From Candidatus Fermentithermobacillaceae bacterium DTU015 (GTDB taxonomy: Bacteria; Bacillota; Sulfobacillia; Fermentithermobacillales; Fermentithermobacillaceae): 64,000 nucleotides of DNA. A program made the position numbers and the translations under genes. Location of the stretch: NCBI GenBank assembly GCA_001513185.1, contig LFST01000046.1, forward strand, positions 82,161 through 146,160, read 5' to 3'. Positions 47,694-60,361 of the stretch are shown piece after piece. The notes under the pieces are model-generated. The model was not told the origin of the DNA. It made no database searches and was given only the letters and a program-made list of their open reading frames with translations. Every line of letters starts with the position of its first letter. Position 1 is the first letter of the stretch.

Positions 47694-48416
47694 ATGGCTC
47701 GAAAACAAGATGTGATCTTTAAGGGCAGCAAAGACGGCCTGCGCCTTATATTCAATGACCAGCAGGATTACGAGATATTAAAAGAGAAACTTAAGGCTCA
47801 TTTGCAAAAGGCTGAGTTGTTCTTCCAAGGTGCCGATGTGGTACTGGATATCGGAAATCTCGAGTTTTCCATCGATCAGATCCTGGAGATCCAGAACATA
47901 CTTGCGTTTCCCCATGGATTGCGGCTTAGGAAGGTTATACACGGCGGCAAGGAGCCCAGGCCGGTAGCGAAAACTGTCGATAAGCAAAGGACATTGGAAC
48001 CGGAGAAGCGAAACATAGATTACAAGCAGCAAGTTGTCGAAAATTGGGCCCGGGCGCCAAAGACTCCGGATACTTTCCTGTACAAAGGAACGCTAAGGTC
48101 CGGACAGCGCATCACTCATGACGGCAATGTGGTGATTGTGGGTGATGTCAACCCAGGTGCTGAGGTACGGGCTACAGGGGACATAATCGTAATGGGTAAC
48201 CTCAGAGGGCTTGCCCACGCCGGTGCAGGGGGCGCTACCGACGTGGTGATAGTGGCTTTCAAGCTGGAGCCTACGCAGATAAGGATCGGGGACGTAATCG
48301 GGAGGCCCCCCGAAGGGGAACTGGGCGCTCCAAGGGAACCTGAAGTTGCCAGGCTCAAAGACGGCGTGATCTTGGTTGAACCCTTAGATGGAAGTCGTTG
48401 GGAGGGAGAACGGTGA
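47694..48416 (+). CDS. minC: Septum site-determining protein MinC
   Basis: KGSKDG, TLRSGQ, GDVNPGAEV, G.LRG.AHAG. Confidence 0.93.
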   Translation: MARKQDVIFKGSKDGLRLIFNDQQDYEILKEKLKAHLQKAELFFQGADVVLDIGNLEFSIDQILEIQNILAFPHGLRLRKVIHGGKEPRPVAKTVDKQRTLEPEKRNIDYKQQVVENWARAPKTPDTFLYKGTLRSGQRITHDGNVVIVGDVNPGAEVRATGDIIVMGNLRGLAHAGAGGATDVVIVAFKLEPTQIRIGDVIGRPPEGELGAPREPEVARLKDGVILVEPLDGSRWEGER

Positions 48417-49207
48417 GTGAAGCAATAGTCATAACATCCGGCAAAGGTGGCGTGGGGAAGACCACCGCCTGTGCCAACCTGGGAGTGGCCCTCGCGTCCA
48501 TGGGGCACAAGGTGGTGCTTGTGGATGCGGATATAGGGCTCAGGAACCTGGATGTGGTAATGGGCCTTGAGAACCGTATCGTGTATGACCTTGTTGATGT
48601 AGTCGAAGGATTTTGCAGGCTGAGGCAGGCGTTGATTAAGGACAAGCGGCTTGACGGGCTGTTTTTGCTCCCGGCAGCTCAGACAAAGGACAAAACGTCG
48701 GTAACTCCCGACCAGATGAAGCAGCTGGTTGACCAGTTAAAGGAAGATCACGATTACATACTGGTGGATTGCCCGGCGGGAATTGAACAAGGTTTCAAGA
48801 ATGCCATTGCCGGGGCCGACAGGGCTCTGATTGTGACCACTCCTGAAGTAGCTGCAGTAAGGGATGCTGACAGGATAATCGGCCTGCTAGAGTCATCGGG
48901 GTTTGACGATCCAGGATTGATAGTCAACAGGCTAAAGCCTAAAATGGTGGCCAAAGGCGATATGATGGACATACCTGATATTATAGATATACTGGCCATC
49001 CGCCTTATGGGAGTAGTCCCTGATGATGAGTACATAGTTGTATCTACCAACCGGGGTGAACCGGCGGCGTTGGCGGCTGAGAAATCAAAAGCCGGGCAAG
49101 CGTTTAGGAACATAGCCCGGCGTATCCTGGGAGAGGAAGTGCCTTTCCTGGACCTTAACGAACAGGAAACCTTTTGGGAAAAATTGATCAGGCTAATCAG
49201 GGCTTGA
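48413..49207 (+). CDS. minD: Septum site-determining ATPase MinD
   Basis: SGKGGVGKTT, DIGLRNLD, DCPAGIEQG, C-terminal MTS FWEKLIRLIR; GTG 48413. Confidence 0.96.
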   Translation: MSEAIVITSGKGGVGKTTACANLGVALASMGHKVVLVDADIGLRNLDVVMGLENRIVYDLVDVVEGFCRLRQALIKDKRLDGLFLLPAAQTKDKTSVTPDQMKQLVDQLKEDHDYILVDCPAGIEQGFKNAIAGADRALIVTTPEVAAVRDADRIIGLLESSGFDDPGLIVNRLKPKMVAKGDMMDIPDIIDILAIRLMGVVPDDEYIVVSTNRGEPAALAAEKSKAGQAFRNIARRILGEEVPFLDLNEQETFWEKLIRLIRA

Positions 49208-49223
49208 CGAAGGGGGTATAGGC

Positions 49224-49487
49224 TTGTTTGGATGGTTTGGCAGGAAAGAGCAGTCTAAGGATGTAGCCAGAGACAGGCTCAAGCTGGTGCTCATGCAAGA
49301 CAGGATGGCCCTTGCCCCCCATACGATGGAACAGATGAAAGATGCCGTGATAATGGCGATCTCCCAATTTGTTGAGATAGACGAAAAAGGGCTTGAATTT
49401 GAGTGGAAAGGCAATGAGAGGAGCAAAGCCTTGGTTGCCAACATACCTGTGAGATCCGTAAGAAGGAGGGTTAAGACCAACGATTGA
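49224..49487 (+). CDS. minE: Cell division topological specificity factor MinE
   Basis: SKDVARDRLKLVL..DR, LVANIPV. Confidence 0.93.
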   Translation: MFGWFGRKEQSKDVARDRLKLVLMQDRMALAPHTMEQMKDAVIMAISQFVEIDEKGLEFEWKGNERSKALVANIPVRSVRRRVKTND

Positions 49488-50622
49488 ACTGCCCAACATC
49501 AGGATTGAAACCAGAGCGGTACGGCGCATAGACTTCTGGCTCTTAGGCGCGGTACTGTTTCTTGAAATCCTGTCGCTTCCACTTATAGACAGTGCTACCC
49601 ATTCAACCGGCGGACATTATTACCTCAAGCGGCAGCTGCTTTTGGTAGTATTGTCTTTGTTGATGATGGGAGTGGCTACCTTCATCGACTACCGCGATCT
49701 GGTATGGTTGTCTCCGTGGATACTAGGTGTCAACACATTGCTCCTGGTGGCCGTGCTGTTTGTCGGCAGAACCGCAGGTGGTTCCACCCGCTGGATTTCA
49801 CTAGGGTTTTTTGACCTGCAACCTTCAGAGTTGTTCAAGCTTACAGCCATATTGTTCGCCACCAGGGTGTTGTGTTCCCTGGACAGGCCGGTTGATTCCA
49901 TCTTTTCGATAGTGGCATTTTACTCGTGGCTGGCAGTTCCGGCGTTCTTGATCCTCAAACAACCTGACCTTGGTACCACCTTGGTGATTATCGCCATCGT
50001 CACAGGTATGCTGTATTTTGCAGGCACTCCCGCCAAATCAATATTCAGCTTGGTCCTGGTGGGCATAATCATAGTGGGGCTCCTGTTGTGGCTTTATCTG
50101 TACGTGGGTGTACCCTTGCCCATAGAAGAGCACTGGATCGACCGGCTGGTGACTGGGTTCAACCCGGAAAAGGATCCCTTGGGCAAGGGCTATCAGGTGC
50201 TCCAATCCAAGATAGCCATAGGTTCGGGCTCGGTGTGGGGTAAAGGCCTGGGGAAAGGTACCCAGAACCGGCTGGATTTCATACCCCACCAGGAGACAGA
50301 CTTTATCTTCTCAGTGGTCGGCGAGGAACTGGGATTTGTGCGCACAACCATAGTGTTGGGCGTGTATGTGCTCATCTTGATTAGGTGTTTGATAGCTGCG
50401 GTTACGTCTGCCGACAAAGAGGGAACGCTAATAGCCGGCGGGGTGCTGAGCATGCTCTTGTTCCAAAGCATGGTCAACATCGGGATGACCATGGGTATCA
50501 TGCCGGTTACAGGTATCCCTCTGCCGTTTCTAAGCTACGGTGGTACCGCGTCGGTAGTGAATGCGTTTGCAATTGGGCTCGTGCTCAATGTAGGCTGGAA
50601 ACGGCACAAGATCTTATTCTGA
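49480..50622 (+). CDS. rodA: SEDS peptidoglycan polymerase RodA (apparent non-canonical start near 49480-49489)
   Basis: QPSEL.K, QPDLGT, GYQ..QS.IAIGSG, TDFIFS..GEELG, PVTGIPLPFLSYGG; TM1 (RIDFWLL...SAT...YLKRQ) encoded upstream of the first NTG codon (49642). Confidence 0.92.
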   Translation, partial: TIELPNIRIETRAVRRIDFWLLGAVLFLEILSLPLIDSATHSTGGHYYLKRQLLLVVLSLLMMGVATFIDYRDLVWLSPWILGVNTLLLVAVLFVGRTAGGSTRWISLGFFDLQPSELFKLTAILFATRVLCSLDRPVDSIFSIVAFYSWLAVPAFLILKQPDLGTTLVIIAIVTGMLYFAGTPAKSIFSLVLVGIIIVGLLLWLYLYVGVPLPIEEHWIDRLVTGFNPEKDPLGKGYQVLQSKIAIGSGSVWGKGLGKGTQNRLDFIPHQETDFIFSVVGEELGFVRTTIVLGVYVLILIRCLIAAVTSADKEGTLIAGGVLSMLLFQSMVNIGMTMGIMPVTGIPLPFLSYGGTASVVNAFAIGLVLNVGWKRHKILF

Positions 50623-50641
50623 CGAATTTGGGGGTAGCGGA

Positions 50642-51064
50642 GTGCAGGAGATAGGGATGGTGGTCTCAGTCCAGGACCGCTCGGTTACGGTAGAGGTGAA
50701 AAGGAAAGACGCCTGTTCCACGTGTGGGCGGTGCGGCGGCCATTTGGCCCCAGGCCGGGATGTGATGGTCGTGGAAGCCGTGAAGACCGGCAATCCGAAA
50801 CCCGGCGATTTGGTTGTCTTAGAACTCCCGGATGAAGACTACTTGAGGCTTTCGTTCTTGGTATATATGTTACCCCTGCTGTGTTTAGGATTGGGCTATG
50901 CGCTAGGATGGTTGCTGGGCAGGTTCTTGGGTAACCCTTCAGTATGGGGAGCTGTGTTTGCCGCAGGCGGCATGGTAGCTTGTTTCGCTTGGCTCAGGAG
51001 TTACGATGCTGCTTCCAGGAAGACAGGTAAGTATATGCCTGTAGCCAGGCCGCTAGACGGCTGA
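50642..51064 (+). CDS. rseC: RseC/MucC-family (SoxR reducing system) membrane protein
   Basis: E.G.V, ACSTCGRC, PGD.V, LVY.LPL, two TM segments. Confidence 0.8.
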   Translation: MQEIGMVVSVQDRSVTVEVKRKDACSTCGRCGGHLAPGRDVMVVEAVKTGNPKPGDLVVLELPDEDYLRLSFLVYMLPLLCLGLGYALGWLLGRFLGNPSVWGAVFAAGGMVACFAWLRSYDAASRKTGKYMPVARPLDG

Positions 51065-52639
51065 TTCAGTATGCCTGACGGCAGCCTTGGTGCCGGATTT
51101 GACTTTTGGCATGTATCCTTCTTCCGACAGCGCTTCGACCAGAGTCTGATAAGACTCCCTGTCTACCACGATGTATCGCGGGCCTACTTTCTTCTTGAGA
51201 TACGGTTTGATCCTGGGCGACATCATGAGCTCGTCGGCAAGCTCCTTGGAGTCGCATTTTAGGAGGATCACGTCTTCAAACTCTATCCGTCCGTAAGAAG
51301 TACCCCATTGGGATATTGAGTAACTCACGTTCTGGGGGATGGGGATCCTGGAATGCTCCCCGAGAAACTCTTCAATGGTCTGAGGGTGATACCCATGGAG
51401 CATCGCACGGTATACTGAGTCTTTGGACAGCTTGTACACCAGCATCTGGTCGACTTTGACTATGTCTGCAAAACCGTCGATTGTCCATAGAATCTTGGGC
51501 TCCACGGTGCACGGTACCAGTATCTCAAAGTTGGGCTGGACGTAGATGTCGGTGTCAAATCTCTCTTCAGGCCATGGGGCCAGTCCGAACAGGGCCTTGC
51601 CTGTGGGCGTCACCTTGATCATGGTATCATTCCGTGCCTCGCACACTTCAAGTACCCCAAGGTATTCCAGCATGTCTACCAGGTTTTTCTCGACCCTGAG
51701 GTTTAGGCCGTGGGACGAGTGGCTGGTGGACAAGGCTTCCATTTCTTCCATCAGCGCAGATACTGACAGGACGGTATCTTGAGGGCATCTTTCAATCAGC
51801 CATAAAAGCGTCTGGAGATCTGAGTCTTGTTCGATAAATGTTTGTCTCCAGTACTTGTAAAGCTCCTGGCGCCATTGTGAATACGGGACATCCAGCCACT
51901 TGGCGGTTTCAGAACCAAGCCTCAGGGTGTTATTCCGCTCTTCGCACAGACTATGAGATTTGGCGAAAAACAGCAGGAACGCCAGGCGCGGTGGATACCT
52001 TACAGGGAAGAAGGACTCTTCGAGGCTCCGTTCGTCTTCCTCTATGATGACCACCAAGTCATCCTGGCATTTCTTGAACAAAGAGCCTGATTGGGTGATC
52101 CTGACCTCGTTTTTCCTCACATATGATAGGAGCAAGCATATGTGCCTGAGGGGAGCCGCAAAGTCGAACCGGTAACGGGGGGTGAAACGGCCAGGGTCAA
52201 TGCTCGCCCTTTGAAAGATTTCAGACAGGAAAAAGTCTGAAAGCACTTTGCGCAAGTCAGTGGGCACGAAATACTTCTGCCTGTACCCTTCTCTCCTGGT
52301 AAACACAAGGCCCCTGGAGATCAAGCCTTCTATTACCTTGAACCCGTTCCTGCGCCATTTGCGCGAGAGCTGGTTAAGCTTCTGGTGGCATTGTTCCACG
52401 ATTACGCCGCTTCCTCCGCCTGAAATGGTGATCATGCGGAGTGCCAGGATTTCTTCGTCGTTGAGCCCGTTCATGGCGACCAACGCATTGGCAGGGATAA
52501 GCAGGTGGCTTGCGATGAGCTCGGCCAACTTAGGCCCGTAGTCATCTTCAGGGACCTCAGGCAAGGAGATCCCATAGAAGTAAGCCATAGAATTCAGGCG
52601 TTCAGTGGGTAGTGCAGCCAGAGCTTCCCTCAGGTTCAT
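51053..52639 (-). CDS. XPB-associated protein with C-terminal Helicase_C_3 (p52/Tfb2-like) domain
   Basis: VQPNFEI...FAD....Y.L...S..RA...G......L..HS...PQNV..S...W; ATGA-type overlap with xpb. Confidence 0.8.
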   Translation of the reverse strand: MNLREALAALPTERLNSMAYFYGISLPEVPEDDYGPKLAELIASHLLIPANALVAMNGLNDEEILALRMITISGGGSGVIVEQCHQKLNQLSRKWRRNGFKVIEGLISRGLVFTRREGYRQKYFVPTDLRKVLSDFFLSEIFQRASIDPGRFTPRYRFDFAAPLRHICLLLSYVRKNEVRITQSGSLFKKCQDDLVVIIEEDERSLEESFFPVRYPPRLAFLLFFAKSHSLCEERNNTLRLGSETAKWLDVPYSQWRQELYKYWRQTFIEQDSDLQTLLWLIERCPQDTVLSVSALMEEMEALSTSHSSHGLNLRVEKNLVDMLEYLGVLEVCEARNDTMIKVTPTGKALFGLAPWPEERFDTDIYVQPNFEILVPCTVEPKILWTIDGFADIVKVDQMLVYKLSKDSVYRAMLHGYHPQTIEEFLGEHSRIPIPQNVSYSISQWGTSYGRIEFEDVILLKCDSKELADELMMSPRIKPYLKKKVGPRYIVVDRESYQTLVEALSEEGYMPKVKSGTKAAVRHTESAV

Positions 52640-54342
52640 GGACTGTTACTCCTTTTCCACCGTGCAAGGAAATTTTCGCTTTCCCAAATGGTATACTTAT
52701 ATCCTTGCTCCGTCAAAAACAATTGCCGCTTTTGGCTAAACTCCTGATCCTTGGTATTCCGCGTGACTAAGGTGTAAAATGTGGCGCTTTCGCCCTGGGG
52801 CTTGGGGCGCAGAATCCTGCCGAGGCGCTGTGCCTCTTCTTGGCGGGAACCAAAAGTGCCTGACACCTGTATCGCCACACTTGCATCAGGCAGGTCCACT
52901 GCGAAATTGGCCACTTTGGACACCACCAGCACCCGGATTTCGCCTTCCCTGAATTTGGCATAAAGCTCCTCCCTGACATTGTTTGGCGTCTGGCCGTAAA
53001 TCATGGGCGCATCCAGGAGGTCCGATATTTCTTCGAGCTGATCGATATACTGCCCCAACACAAGTATCTGGTCGTCTGTGTGGTGCTCTACGATTGCCTT
53101 TACCAAGGGGAGCTTTTCAGGATTGGTAGCCGCTATCCTGTACTTCTCCCTTTCCCCGGCTGTATGGTATTCAAGCCGTTTGTCCTGAGGAAAATCCACT
53201 CTGATTTCATGGCAATGGGCGGTAGCGATCCAGTTTTGGGCCTCGAGCTCCTTCCAAGGCTTATCGAACTTCTTGGGTCCTATCAAGCTGAATACGTCAT
53301 CTTCCCGGCCGTCTTCCCTGACCAGGGTGGCCGTAAGCCCCAACCTTCTCCTGGCCTGGAGATCTGCGGTGATCCTAAATACCGGCGCAGGCAGAAGGTG
53401 GACTTCGTCGTAGATTATAAGTCCCCAGTTTCTCTTGTTGAACAAATCGAAGTGGGGGTAGATCTCTTCGGAAGTGCCCCGCTTCCTGTAAGTCAGGATT
53501 TGGTATGTGGTGACGGTCACCGGGCCTACTTCCTTTTTTTCCCCGCTGTATTCTTTCACCATATCTTCGGTGAGATTGGTCTTGTCCAAAAGCTCGTTTA
53601 TCCATTGCCTGAGGGCCACCACGTTGGTGGTGAGGATAAGCGTCTGGGCTCCCACAAGTTCCATGACTGCCATGCCCACGATTGTCTTGCCTGCCCCGCA
53701 TGGAAGCACAATCACACCGCTTCCGCCCCGCACGCTGCCACCGGCCCAAAACGCGTCCCTGGCTGCCTCTTGATATGGCCTCAGGCTGAAGGGTTTGCCT
53801 TCCCCGGTTACGTCCAAGAGGAATATGTCGAGAGGATCACCTTCAGTGTAACCTGCCAGGTCTTCGCAAGGATAGCCCATCTTTATGAGGATCTGCTTCA
53901 CCAAGCCCCGCGAGTACGGCTTAATTATCAGCGAGTGTTTGCTTAAGGGTCTTTCAATGTGTGGCTTCATTTTGTCAGACCGCTTTATTTCTTCCATGAT
54001 GAACTCGTCAGAGCAGGTGAGGATCAGGTTCCCGTCCTCATGGGTGAGCTTTACGATGCCGAATTTTTCCATGGTGTCTCTTATGTGCACCACGATATTT
54101 TCCGGCACCGGGTATCTGGAATACCTGCTTAGTTCGTCAATGACCTGTTCGGGGGTGAAGCCGCACGAAGCAGCGTTCCACAAGGATAGCACAGACAGCC
54201 GGTAAGTATGGATGTACTCGGGGCTCTTCACCAAATCGGCAAACCGCATGATGGCATCGCGGGCGTTTTCATATTCGGGATTGTCCACTTCCAGCAATAT
54301 TGTGCCGTCGCTTAATACCGTAGCTGGCAGATTTCTTGACAA
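52636..54342 (-). CDS. xpb: XPB/Rad25-like DNA helicase (SF2)
   Basis: KSPEYIHTY, LPCGAGKT, DEVH, GLTAT, REDG, QRLGRILR; TTG 54342 behind AGGAGG. Confidence 0.93.
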   Translation of the reverse strand: MSRNLPATVLSDGTILLEVDNPEYENARDAIMRFADLVKSPEYIHTYRLSVLSLWNAASCGFTPEQVIDELSRYSRYPVPENIVVHIRDTMEKFGIVKLTHEDGNLILTCSDEFIMEEIKRSDKMKPHIERPLSKHSLIIKPYSRGLVKQILIKMGYPCEDLAGYTEGDPLDIFLLDVTGEGKPFSLRPYQEAARDAFWAGGSVRGGSGVIVLPCGAGKTIVGMAVMELVGAQTLILTTNVVALRQWINELLDKTNLTEDMVKEYSGEKKEVGPVTVTTYQILTYRKRGTSEEIYPHFDLFNKRNWGLIIYDEVHLLPAPVFRITADLQARRRLGLTATLVREDGREDDVFSLIGPKKFDKPWKELEAQNWIATAHCHEIRVDFPQDKRLEYHTAGEREKYRIAATNPEKLPLVKAIVEHHTDDQILVLGQYIDQLEEISDLLDAPMIYGQTPNNVREELYAKFREGEIRVLVVSKVANFAVDLPDASVAIQVSGTFGSRQEEAQRLGRILRPKPQGESATFYTLVTRNTKDQEFSQKRQLFLTEQGYKYTIWESENFLARWKRSNSP

Positions 54343-54403
54343 AAGTGTGTTCCTCCTGAATCTGTAATGATACCTGCAAAATAGGCAATAACCCAAGATC
54401 TTT

Positions 54404-54431
54404 ATTCTACGTCGGAAGTCTGAGTTCCTGC
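54404..54431 (-). promoter_or_regulatory. Putative sigma-H-type promoter of the xpb operon
   Basis: Minus strand GCAGGAACT-N12-GTAGAAT. Confidence 0.45.
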
Positions 54432-54450
54432 AACTGGGGCTTTCAAGCTT

Positions 54451-54480
54451 TTGCCCGCCGGTGAGGGTATCCGTTATAAT
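54451..54480 (+). promoter_or_regulatory. Putative sigma-A promoter of pcrA-ligA-gatCAB
   Basis: TTGCCC-18nt-TATAAT. Confidence 0.5.
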
Positions 54481-54518
54481 CTAGGTGTTCAAGTATTCCT
54501 GATGGCGGTGTATGGATT

Positions 54519-58829
<4,311 letters not shown>

Positions 58830-58849
58830 ACAAAAGAGGTGTCTGGTAG

Positions 58850-60361
58850 ATGGAGATACGGGGTATGCCCGCAAGGGATATTTTGAGGTACATATCATCA
58901 GGGGAGGTTTCCGCCGCTGAGGTAGTGGAAACTTACCTTGACGCAATCAGGGAAATAGGCCCTCAAACCAATGCGTTTATCGAAGTGCTGGAGCCTGCGG
59001 CAAGGGCGGATGCATCCAGGATAGACAAGGAGCTGCGGGATGGCGGCTCTCCGGGGATCTTGGCGGGGCTGCCTGTGGCGATCAAGGACAATATTTGCGT
59101 AAAAGGCGCCGGCTGTACCTGTGGTTCTAAGATTTTGGAAAACTGGATCGCCCCCTATGACGCTACCGCGGCAAGACGGCTGCGGGAACAAGGCGCAGTC
59201 ATCATCGGGAAGACCAACATGGATGAGTTTGCCATGGGTTCTTCCACCGAGACCTCGGCCTACGGAGTCACAAGGAACCCCTGGGACTTGAGCCGGGTTC
59301 CAGGCGGCTCAAGCGGGGGATCAGCGGTTGCGGTTGCGGCCGGGATGGCGCCTTTGGCGTTGGGGACTGATACGGGAGGTTCCATCAGGCAGCCTGCAAG
59401 CTTTACCGGAATCTGCGGGCTCAAGCCTACCTACGGGCTGGTGTCCCGGTATGGCGTGACGGCGTATGCCTCGTCTTTGGATACAGTAGGGCCTTTTGGG
59501 GAAGGTGTTTGGGATTGTGCCCTGCTCTTGGAGGTTATCGCCGGGCACGATCCCCTGGATGCCACATCGCACGCCAAGGAGCCTGTGACGTATACCAAGG
59601 CACTCGATGGTAACGTGGCCGGGCTCAGGGTGGGCGTACCGCAGGAATTGCTAAGGGGAGTGTCCGCTCCGGTCAAAGCGGTATTCGAGAGCACCCTCAG
59701 CACTATGGAAGACATGGGTATGATCGTTGAAGAAATGAGCCTGCCTTCGCTAGCCCATGCAGTTGAAGCCTACTATGTGATTGCTGCTGCCGAAGCCTCA
59801 TCCAACCTAGCCAGGTTTGACGGGGTCAGGTTCGGCCGGAGGGCTGACGCCGGCACCCTGGACGAGATGTACACCAGGTCCAGGGGGGAGGGGTTTGGCA
59901 AGGAAGTAATCAAGCGGATCATCTTGGGTACTTTTGTGCTGGATACCGGCAACAAAGACAGGTATTACAGGCGGGCGGCCCAGGTAAGGACCCTCATCAA
60001 AGATGAATTCCAGAAGGCATTTGAAAGGTTTGACCTAATCGTTTCCCCTGCCGCGCCTGATGTGGCGTTCAAGATAGGAGAAAAGATCCAGGATCCCCTG
60101 ACCATGTACCTTGCTGACCTGATTACAATACCTGTCAACATGGCTGGGGTATGTGCCCTTTCCATGCCGATGGGATTCGCAGAGTGTGATGGCGTGAGCC
60201 TACCTTGCGGCTTGCAGATAATCGGCAAGCCCTTTGACGAGCAAACTGTGCTCAGGGCAGGCTACTGTTTGGAGCAAGAAATCGGGGCAGGGATCCGCGA
60301 GAAGGTCCGCCATATGCGGCAAAACCTCGGCCCTGTCAGGGAGTGTGAGTTAGTTGACTGA
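58850..60361 (+). CDS. gatA: Asp/Glu-tRNA amidotransferase subunit A
   Basis: IKDN, GKTNMDEFAMGSS, GGSSGGS, DTGGSIRQPA, SSNLARFDG. Confidence 0.96.
   Translation: MEIRGMPARDILRYISSGEVSAAEVVETYLDAIREIGPQTNAFIEVLEPAARADASRIDKELRDGGSPGILAGLPVAIKDNICVKGAGCTCGSKILENWIAPYDATAARRLREQGAVIIGKTNMDEFAMGSSTETSAYGVTRNPWDLSRVPGGSSGGSAVAVAAGMAPLALGTDTGGSIRQPASFTGICGLKPTYGLVSRYGVTAYASSLDTVGPFGEGVWDCALLLEVIAGHDPLDATSHAKEPVTYTKALDGNVAGLRVGVPQELLRGVSAPVKAVFESTLSTMEDMGMIVEEMSLPSLAHAVEAYYVIAAAEASSNLARFDGVRFGRRADAGTLDEMYTRSRGEGFGKEVIKRIILGTFVLDTGNKDRYYRRAAQVRTLIKDEFQKAFERFDLIVSPAAPDVAFKIGEKIQDPLTMYLADLITIPVNMAGVCALSMPMGFAECDGVSLPCGLQIIGKPFDEQTVLRAGYCLEQEIGAGIREKVRHMRQNLGPVRECELVD

Noticed and set aside
47694..49487. 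minE in a Gram-positive-type genome
   Set aside because: minCDE is common in Clostridia-like lineages; not unusual
53080..53946. Long antisense or alternate-frame ORFs (this 288-aa one, 26115-26864, 62110-62799 and others)
   Set aside because: They lie wholly opposite well-conserved genes, have no motifs or RBS, and are expected shadows of codon bias
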